Shown here piece after piece: positions 18,720-24,718 of a DNA stretch of 25,786 bases. How positions within the stretch are numbered: the first letter of the stretch is position 1; each line of letters begins with the position of its first letter. Below the pieces are notes generated by a model that was given only the letters and a program-made list of their open reading frames with translations, ran no database searches and had not been told where the DNA came from. The DNA comes from a virus (Duplodnaviria > Caudoviricetes): positions 1-25,786 of the IMG/VR virus record IMGVR_UViG_3300037419_002575; one strand, 5' to 3'. A program made the translations under genes and the position numbers.

Positions 18720-19352
18720 TTAGTACCACCACCAAATTTGGTCGAGCATGACGAAGTTTCCTCCACCCGGACCACCCAAATACTGTACGCGTAGTCGGCA
18801 ATTCGCTGCGCCGCCGGGAGCGTCAATCGTCATATACCCCGAGGCGACGACAACACTTCCAGCCGTCAAAGCGACCGCGCACGGGCAAATATGCTTGCTG
18901 CCAATTGGTTTCATCGACTGGGGAATTCCACCGGCTGCGTTGTCGTCGGTGACAAAATAGATGTTGGCCGGTGTGAAGGCCGATGCGGATGAATCGGCCT
19001 GAAACCCACCGGTCAATTGCACCATGCGCAGCAGGGAATTATTTCGCCACTTGGGCTGAAATCCGGTGCGAATTGCACGCGACGAGAACAGAGGCAAATT
19101 AGTCCAGGCGGACCAGGCGGAATCAATGTCGTCGGGCACCCGTTCCGCAGCACCATCCCAAACTGCGTAGCGGCCCGAACTGTTAATATATTCCTGGCCT
19201 GTTTCCGTCGGTGTGACCGTGGTGCCATTTTGGTACGGCGCCAATTTGGTGTCGAGCAGGTCCCAGTTTGAATTAAGCTGGGTTGCGACATTCACATTGG
19301 GGTCGAGCGGGGGGAGTGGCACAATTTTCTGGATGTTCAGGTAATCTGTCAC
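18720..19352 (-). CDS. Minor tail / receptor-binding protein (210 aa)
   Basis: N-terminal TQLNSNWDLLD attachment-like motif shared with its neighbour; beta-rich C-terminus. Confidence 0.7.
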   Translation of the reverse strand: MTDYLNIQKIVPLPPLDPNVNVATQLNSNWDLLDTKLAPYQNGTTVTPTETGQEYINSSGRYAVWDGAAERVPDDIDSAWSAWTNLPLFSSRAIRTGFQPKWRNNSLLRMVQLTGGFQADSSASAFTPANIYFVTDDNAAGGIPQSMKPIGSKHICPCAVALTAGSVVVASGYMTIDAPGGAANCRLRVQYLGGPGGGNFVMLDQIWWWY

Positions 19353-20017
19353 CCGGTCACCTCAATATTATACCGAATGCCGGTCAGCTCAATTCGGTTT
19401 TCACCGGACGACCCGGCTGATGGCTGGTTACCATAATGCTTCAGTTCCATGTGGCCGTCGGTGGCGGAAATGAAAAGCCGGGCGATGCTGTAATTGCTCG
19501 ATGTGTTGCCGCCCCACACATCGAAATACTTGTGTACGGCCGGTTTGATGGGCAACGTCGGATCGGTGGCCTGGAGGAACGTCAAATTGAAATTGATGTC
19601 GATGGGTGCCTGATTGATGTATTGCACGGCACCGCACAATTCAACTTCGGATGTCGTGCCGCCAGGCTTTTTGATGAGCCGGTACCCCATGGGAAAATCG
19701 ACGTCATCGGCGAAACCTTCAGACACCCAACTTCCGAGGGGCTGCCACGGTGTAACGTATGCGAGTGTGTCCTGTTTGAAAGTGCGCGAGCTGATTCCGT
19801 CGTAGTGCACGGCGGCGTTTGAGGACCATTTGAAAAACCGTGGCCGGTTCACGGTGACACCAGGGTCAATTACCGCGTCGGTGGCGAATTGGTACTCCAT
19901 CAATTGCTTGACGGCCGTGTCGGCGAGATTCCAATTCGCATTCAGCTGCGTATCGACATCGACAAATTCACTGGGGTCCGGTTTGTAGAACTTCAGGTTT
20001 GGCGTGTAGGTTCCCAT
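19349..20017 (-). CDS. Minor tail / receptor-binding protein (222 aa)
   Basis: MGTYTPNLKFYKPDPSEFVDVDTQLNANWNLAD is a typical tail-fibre N-terminus. Confidence 0.72.
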   Translation of the reverse strand: MGTYTPNLKFYKPDPSEFVDVDTQLNANWNLADTAVKQLMEYQFATDAVIDPGVTVNRPRFFKWSSNAAVHYDGISSRTFKQDTLAYVTPWQPLGSWVSEGFADDVDFPMGYRLIKKPGGTTSEVELCGAVQYINQAPIDINFNLTFLQATDPTLPIKPAVHKYFDVWGGNTSSNYSIARLFISATDGHMELKHYGNQPSAGSSGENRIELTGIRYNIEVTG

Positions 20018-20026
20018 TTCACCCCG

Positions 20027-20752
20027 TTACTTGTTGGGAATGCGCAGCGGTTCGCCAACCTTCAGAAGCTGAGGATTGTCGTCCACGAGCTTTTCAATAC
20101 TGATACCATACTTCTTTGCCAGCGAAGTGAAAGTGTCACCCTTGGCAATTCTGATTTCCTTGAAGGCCGGAGGCTTCGGGAAATTGGCCATAGCCCAAAC
20201 ATCCCAGTGCTGAACGTCGGGGAAATTCCAAACGTCCTTATCGACCGGCTTGGAAGTGTACTGGTGACCAATCCAGGGATGCTTGATGCGCGGCTTTCCG
20301 GCGGTGACGTAATCGGCAATCCACAGACCGTCACCAGCATTTGAATTGGTATCGACGTTCTTCCAATTGTTCACGTCGCAGTAAATGATGCACTTGTTCT
20401 TTTTGGCCGTCCGTGAAATGACGACCCACTTGTCCTTGAATTCCCGAGCCATCTGCTCCGAAATGCCGTGCTGGTCGTACCATTCCCAGTCCAGGCAAAG
20501 TGCATCACGCGGCTGGAGCTTTGTACCGATGGTGTTCACGAAATGGCTGAACTGAGTCTGCACATTCGCCGAAATGCTCGGGTAGTGGTAGAAAACAATT
20601 CGGCAGCCCTTTTCACGCGCGGCGGCCAGCTGACTCTGCCAATACGGGTTTACGTAGGTGTTTCCCTGCGTCACCTTAATTGCCACTACCTGGCAACCGG
20701 TAAAATCGGGGTGTGCGCCCTGGTAACTGGCGACATCAATTCCATGAAGCAT
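20027..20752 (-). CDS. Endolysin: GH25 muramidase with C-terminal LysM domain (241 aa)
   Basis: GIDVASYQG, IKVTQG..YVNP, FYHY, LDWE, LWIADY, HQYTS and VDKD motifs; LysM-like KGDTFTSLAKKYGISIEKLVDDNPQLLKVGEPLRIP. Confidence 0.92.
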   Translation of the reverse strand: MLHGIDVASYQGAHPDFTGCQVVAIKVTQGNTYVNPYWQSQLAAAREKGCRIVFYHYPSISANVQTQFSHFVNTIGTKLQPRDALCLDWEWYDQHGISEQMAREFKDKWVVISRTAKKNKCIIYCDVNNWKNVDTNSNAGDGLWIADYVTAGKPRIKHPWIGHQYTSKPVDKDVWNFPDVQHWDVWAMANFPKPPAFKEIRIAKGDTFTSLAKKYGISIEKLVDDNPQLLKVGEPLRIPNK

Positions 20753-20758
20753 GTTTAC

Positions 20759-20848
20759 CTACTTCGCTATTCCGGTGCCGAGGCAGAGAATCAGGAGGAG
20801 AACGAACAGAATGCAGCCGAGCAGGAAGTTCGTCACGTACGGAGGCAT
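20759..20848 (-). CDS. 29-aa single-pass membrane peptide (absent from ORF track)
   Basis: AAGGAG RBS; MPPYVTNFLLGCILFVLLLILCLGTGIAK; fills the gap and ends 6 nt before the endolysin ATG. Confidence 0.68.
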   Translation of the reverse strand: MPPYVTNFLLGCILFVLLLILCLGTGIAK

Positions 20849-20858
20849 TTCAAACTCC

Positions 20859-21245
20859 TTAAGCTGTCGTGTTGTCGTCAAAGTCGACGAAATTCTTCAA
20901 CAGGGCAATTATAGACGCCACAGCGGCATTGCCACCACGTGAGCCGCTAATCGAATATTGGTTGACAACTGCGTTTCCGGCCGGGTTCATTTGCTTCGCA
21001 CCCAGCTTTGGCGAACTAATGCCGTCGTGAATGTGATTGCCTGGCGACGCCTGGTTTCGCGAAGTCCCCAAAGTGTGGTGGTGCGCTCGGGGTGAAATAT
21101 CGGTGTCGTCCTGCGAATGATCCAGGTTACTTTCGAGTGGACTTTTGACAGGCCCAGCAGAATCGTCGTGCTGATTACTTGCGATCTGGCCAAATTCGTT
21201 CGGTTTGCCAGGTGCGCCAAATCGCGTGGGGTTCAATTCAGTCAT
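20859..21245 (-). CDS. Hypothetical, probably virion-associated protein (128 aa)
   Basis: HHHTLG..RNQASPGNHIH motif reminiscent of fibre HxH motifs; overlaps the upstream stop. Confidence 0.65.
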   Translation of the reverse strand: MTELNPTRFGAPGKPNEFGQIASNQHDDSAGPVKSPLESNLDHSQDDTDISPRAHHHTLGTSRNQASPGNHIHDGISSPKLGAKQMNPAGNAVVNQYSISGSRGGNAAVASIIALLKNFVDFDDNTTA

Positions 21246-21984
21246 CGTCGGCCTCGCCGATGGAACTAGGAATTGGAATCAAATTGTTCGACTGTACCGA
21301 ACCAGCAATTGTGCGTTGTCGCATACTTTGAGCACCAGCCATCATTTGGTTGCTCAAACCGGTTGCGAGACTTTCGGCGCTGGCAATATTTGAAAGGTCC
21401 ATCGCAATGGCATGCATCGTAATGGGGTCTTTCACGTAGCGCTGAATGACCTCGATAAAAGTGTGCAGCAATGCGCGCACGTCGATTTGCTGGTCTTCAT
21501 TTGGCCGGTAGCGGCCGGTAATTTCGTGGTGCAGTTTTGCGGCGGCTATGTTGCCATTTCGAGCGCCCTTGATAATTCCCTTGTGAGCTTCAAAAGTGGT
21601 GCTGGCCAAAAGGCGTTCGGAACGGTCCGTCAGGTACGCCGCAAATTCGTCATCCAAAAGCCACGTCGCCCATTGGCGGGTACTAATACCAATGTCACGC
21701 AGTTTCTTTTCGTCGCTCCTGCGATCGTAAGGGTCGAGCATGGTTGCAATGGCATGCATTTGCTCGTCGGTCAGTTTGTCTTGCATGGCAGGGTAAACAA
21801 TGCCACGCGCCTTGAAGCTTTTGAGTACCAGTGGGTTTTGCTTGAAGCCGGTCAGGAATTCGTCGGTGACGTTATTGAACCGCTGCTTAATTTGAGCGTC
21901 GGTGGGCGCACCGCCCGTTGAAGCAGCAAAACGCTCAATGTAGAAAATGAGATCCAGTTCTGTATTAGTGAGCGTTTCGGTCAC
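21238..21984 (-). CDS. HTH-containing protein, probable terminase small subunit (248 aa; GTG start at 21984)
   Basis: GAGGGG RBS; HTH-like RRSDEKKLRDIGISTRQWATWLLDDEF followed by ARNGNIAAAKLHHEITGRY, a TerS-like helical pattern. Confidence 0.55.
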   Translation of the reverse strand: MTETLTNTELDLIFYIERFAASTGGAPTDAQIKQRFNNVTDEFLTGFKQNPLVLKSFKARGIVYPAMQDKLTDEQMHAIATMLDPYDRRSDEKKLRDIGISTRQWATWLLDDEFAAYLTDRSERLLASTTFEAHKGIIKGARNGNIAAAKLHHEITGRYRPNEDQQIDVRALLHTFIEVIQRYVKDPITMHAIAMDLSNIASAESLATGLSNQMMAGAQSMRQRTIAGSVQSNNLIPIPSSIGEADDD

Positions 21985-22234
21985 TCTGCCCCAGCCCCTC
22001 AACAATTGCCTGCGAAACCTTGGCCTGCAAATCGTGGTGCGTTGAAAGTGGCACGGTGAATTCCCGCGTCGCTACACCAATCAAAACCATGGCCAGGTAG
22101 CCAACAACGTTGGTCCAGTCAATTTGGTTTGCCAGGTAGTCGTGCGCAATTTGCGTCGCGCACGCGATTACGAACGCATTGATGACAGGATTTCTCTTGA
22201 CGGACTTCCAAAACTTGCGAACGTACTTCACCAT
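21965..22234 (-). CDS. Holin-like membrane protein (89 aa; start revised to 22234)
   Basis: Basic N-terminus, two hydrophobic segments, then REFTVP; GGGAAGG RBS; about 1.2 kb upstream of the endolysin. Confidence 0.55.
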   Translation of the reverse strand: MVKYVRKFWKSVKRNPVINAFVIACATQIAHDYLANQIDWTNVVGYLAMVLIGVATREFTVPLSTHHDLQAKVSQAIVEGLGQSDRNAH

Positions 22235-22392
22235 TTGACGAACCTTCCCGGAATTGAACCTTCCCAATAACCCAAAGTTTTTGAGTTATCCTGCAAATCA
22301 ATTTCAGCACCCATGTCACCAGCGCTCAAATTGAAGCCGTACTCTTTCAAAAGCGCTTCGAGCTTGGCCTCGAATTCGTCCACCCGGTCCAT
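22228..22392 (-). CDS. Hypothetical protein (54 aa; absent from ORF track)
   Basis: MDRVDEFEAKLEALLKEYGFNLSAGDMGAEIDLQDNSKTLGYWEGSIPGRFVKW; its stop overlaps the holin-like start; weak RBS. Confidence 0.55.
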   Translation of the reverse strand: MDRVDEFEAKLEALLKEYGFNLSAGDMGAEIDLQDNSKTLGYWEGSIPGRFVKW

Positions 22393-22414
22393 TTGAACAC
22401 CGTTTTCATCTAGG

Positions 22415-22575
22415 TGGGTCTGGGGGCCAGCGAGCCCCTGTTCAGCCCCTAGCAGCCTCGGGAAGGTACCTGCGCGGCCGTCTCAGCCGGTTGACCCCCT
22501 CCCAGGTACTTATGGAGGGGCTTCGTCTGAACGTCGCTCAGGGAGGCGTACAGAGCCTCGCCCTCCGGGGCCAAT
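22415..22575. other. GC-rich structured non-coding element upstream of the late operon
   Basis: Nested pairs AGCGA/TCGCT, GTTCAG/CTGAAC, AGCCCCT/AGGGGCT, AGGTACCTG/CAGGTACTT, plus hairpin GAGGC/GCCTC at 22543-22559. Confidence 0.5.
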
Positions 22576-22583
22576 TTGGTATT

Positions 22584-23084
22584 TCAGACAAAACTGTCAG
22601 ACCAATTTGAATCTATCAGGTCGTACTTTTCGAGTATCTCGCGAATTTGTTTCGGCATGGTCTTCTGAATTCCGTCCTCATACTTTGAAACGAGGTCGGG
22701 GTGCACGCAGAAGTCATTCGCAAATGCCATCGGGCTCGGCCAGTAGCCACTGCGCCAGTTTTCAAAAAGCTTGTTGCCGGGCGTCGCGTCGTTCTGGCGA
22801 ATCAACTTGTGCGGTCTAATTTCCTCGACCGTCATTTGGCGCTTGAGCTTTTGAAATTCAACGTAGCGCTGCAAAGTACTCTGGGGTGTCCATCCCATTG
22901 CATTCGCCACCCAACGCAAAAGTGCCGGGTTCAAACTGCTATAGGTGCCCTGCTCGGCTCGCGAAAGGTATTGCTTACTCAAGCCAAGTCTTTTACCAAG
23001 TGCGCTCGAACTAAGCGCCAACGCCAAACGTGCTTCAACAATTGGGTTTGTGTATGACCCGACATAACTTTGGTTGACGGCCAA
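22584..23084 (-). CDS. XRE-type HTH transcriptional regulator, possibly two HTH units (166 aa)
   Basis: ARLALALSSSALGKRLGLSKQYLSRAEQG and a second SPMAFANDFCVHPDLVSKYEDG; TTG start after AGGGAGGG. Confidence 0.75.
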   Translation of the reverse strand: MAVNQSYVGSYTNPIVEARLALALSSSALGKRLGLSKQYLSRAEQGTYSSLNPALLRWVANAMGWTPQSTLQRYVEFQKLKRQMTVEEIRPHKLIRQNDATPGNKLFENWRSGYWPSPMAFANDFCVHPDLVSKYEDGIQKTMPKQIREILEKYDLIDSNWSDSFV

Positions 23085-23139
23085 TTCCCTCCCTGTATAA
23101 AATCGTCGGCCGTGCCGACCTTTTCGCTGCTTTGCTTTA

Positions 23140-23168
23140 ATTGTAAGCTACTCCTAGTTGGTTGACCA
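23140..23168 (-). promoter_or_regulatory. Possible leftward promoter for the HTH gene
   Basis: TGGTCA-N17-TACAAT on the minus strand. Confidence 0.35.
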
Positions 23169-23264
23169 GGCCTTGGGGGGTTTTGTAATTGAGTTGGATA
23201 CTTGCGCATTTCACCAACCTGGCAATTTTGTTTTCATTCGTGGTAACCGGCATAGGGTTTTTGG

Positions 23265-23294
23265 TTGACAGGCTTAAAAAGTGAAACGTAGACT
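23265..23294 (+). promoter_or_regulatory. Strong housekeeping-sigma promoter
   Basis: TTGACA (23265-23270)-N18-TAGACT (23289-23294), a match to the actinobacterial primary-sigma consensus. Confidence 0.7.
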
Positions 23295-23309
23295 GCAGTG
23301 CCGAAAAGA

Positions 23310-23356
23310 GGAAACGCGAGTGGATTTTTGGACAACATCACGGACCACACTAGGCT
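23310..23356 (+). promoter_or_regulatory. Repeat-associated promoter, copy 1
   Basis: GGAAACGCGAGTGGATTTTTGG (23310-23331) runs into TTGGAC-N17-TAGGCT. Confidence 0.55.
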
Positions 23357-23400
23357 TTGCCCCGTAAACGAAAGCAAGCGCTAATGCGGAGGGCAGTGAA

Positions 23401-23676
23401 ATGGTCGCGATTCTTCTGAGCCTGGTTCTCTCGATCCTGGGTTTCATTTCGACCCCGACTCAGAACGTGGTCACCATTCCTGCCATGCCGCAGTACTCGC
23501 CCGAGGTCGCGGAGGAAATCGAGTGGTTCGAATTCCATGACCTGGCCGTCGCCGAATACGAGGCTGAATTCACCGCGCTGTTCAACAGCTACGAATTCAA
23601 GCAAGCGAAGAATGGCGCGCCGATGATTCGTCGCCAGGGTGAGAAGTCGTTCAAGTTCGTCGCTCGCGCAAAGTAA
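23401..23676 (+). CDS. Hypothetical protein with hydrophobic N-terminus (91 aa)
   Basis: GGAGGG RBS; GC3-rich codon usage; first gene after the rightward promoters. Confidence 0.75.
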   Translation: MVAILLSLVLSILGFISTPTQNVVTIPAMPQYSPEVAEEIEWFEFHDLAVAEYEAEFTALFNSYEFKQAKNGAPMIRRQGEKSFKFVARAK

Positions 23677-23720
23677 CCCAACCAAAGGGCGTGGCCGCGC
23701 CCAAACGAAAGGTGAGAACC

Positions 23721-24023
23721 ATGTTCGACGCAAAGATCGTCGTTTCGTACAATTCGTACCTGGACGAGTACGAAATGCCCAGCCGCACCTGGGACACGTT
23801 CGACTCATTCTTCGAGTTCATCGAGCAGATCACCGCTGTCCGCGAATTGGTCGTGGCGCAGCTGAAATACTCCGTCGACTACCATTTCGTGATGGAGGCA
23901 AAGCTCAGGGTCTACTTCAAGGGTGAGCACCTGGCCACCGAAAACTTCCGGCGCGAAGGCGATCAGGTCCGCACCTGGCACAATTCGCTTTCGCAGGTTG
24001 CCAGCATTCAGGCACTGCTCTAG
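23721..24023 (+). CDS. Hypothetical protein (100 aa; start revised to 23721)
   Basis: GAAAGGTGA RBS before the ATG (MFDAKIVV); GC3-rich codons; followed by a terminator. Confidence 0.75.
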   Translation: MFDAKIVVSYNSYLDEYEMPSRTWDTFDSFFEFIEQITAVRELVVAQLKYSVDYHFVMEAKLRVYFKGEHLATENFRREGDQVRTWHNSLSQVASIQALL

Positions 24024-24031
24024 GCGCAGCG

Positions 24032-24072
24032 AATTGGTCAGCCGATCCCCCAGTCGGCTGGCCAATTTTTTT
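24032..24072 (+). terminator. Intrinsic terminator
   Basis: AATTGGTCAGCCGA-tcccccag-TCGGCTGGCCAATT-TTTTT, 8 nt after the TAG. Confidence 0.85.
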
Positions 24073-24082
24073 GGGCGTGGCT

Positions 24083-24129
24083 GGAAATGCGAGTGGAATT
24101 TTGGTGCCCAGTCGCGATCGCTGTACATT
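24083..24129 (+). promoter_or_regulatory. Repeat-associated promoter, copy 2 (predicted to drive the ncRNA candidate)
   Basis: GGAAATGCGAGTGGAATTTTGG (24083-24104) runs into TTGGTG-N17-TACATT. Confidence 0.55.
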
Positions 24130-24135
24130 GGTCCA

Positions 24136-24464
24136 TGTCAGCTGGTGGTGACGCCGTCTGATCACAAGTGAATGGACCCCGAAGCTTCAAATCGGGCCGA
24201 TGTCGAACCTTGAGAATTCAATAGCGAGCGAAATTCGAATTCCCCGAACGTTGTGAAACGTGCGCGGCATTCACAGATACATTGGTCGGAAACCCATTTG
24301 GCCACCGAATTGGTAAGTCGGAAATTGCCTTCCCTGCTGAGAAAACATGGCATACCGCATAAGTCGAAACTACCAATTCAATGGTCAGCCAAACAGGTCC
24401 GACGCGCGTAATTCGGAACGGATCGTTATGTCTAACAAGGTTCCCCGTAAGTCCACGCAGCTGG
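24136..24464 (+). ncRNA. Candidate large structured ncRNA (~330 nt), family not recognised
   Basis: At least eight nested long-range helices with G-U pairs valid on the plus strand; 5' end coincides with the predicted start site; no credible ORF. Confidence 0.65.
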
Positions 24465-24500
24465 GGTTTCAGAGGATGACAACGAATTGCGCGCATTACC

Positions 24501-24711
24501 CAACCATTTTCGGCGACGCCTTTAGGCGTAATCCCCGATTATGGTTGACCCAAAACTTGACAACGGATCACTAAGCATGCGCTTAGTCGGTTCGAGTTTG
24601 GGCGCATTCAATTCTTTACCATTGGTGCGCCCATTCTCGGTCCCATGGCCGACCCTCTTTGGTAGACTCATCCATGGGAAGCAACCGAAACAGACTCGAC
24701 CCTGAAAGGGT
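24501..24711 (+). other. Further structured modules (two hairpins, a three-way junction, an RBS hairpin)
   Basis: CAACCAT/ATGGTTG enclosing ACGCCT/AGGCGT; CTAAGC/GCTTAG; TCGAGTTTG/CAGACTCGA enclosing two stems; ACCCT/AGGGT over the RBS. Confidence 0.5.
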
Positions 24712-24718
24712 GGCCATC

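Noticed and set aside
24162-24574. Short ORFs 24162-24353, 24218-24496 and 24347-24574
   Set aside because: No convincing RBS, atypical codon usage, and extensive base pairing explains the region better.
24545-24586. TTGACC and TTGACA as -35 elements
   Set aside because: No TAnnnT hexamer at 17-18 nt spacing.
24586-24610. GGTTCGAGT resembling a tRNA T-loop
   Set aside because: No proper T stem, acceptor stem, D arm or anticodon arm can be built; the bases pair better with 24691-24699.
24592-24699. Hammerhead ribozyme (three-way junction with CGAAAC)
   Set aside because: The required CUGANGA core is absent 5' of the stem.
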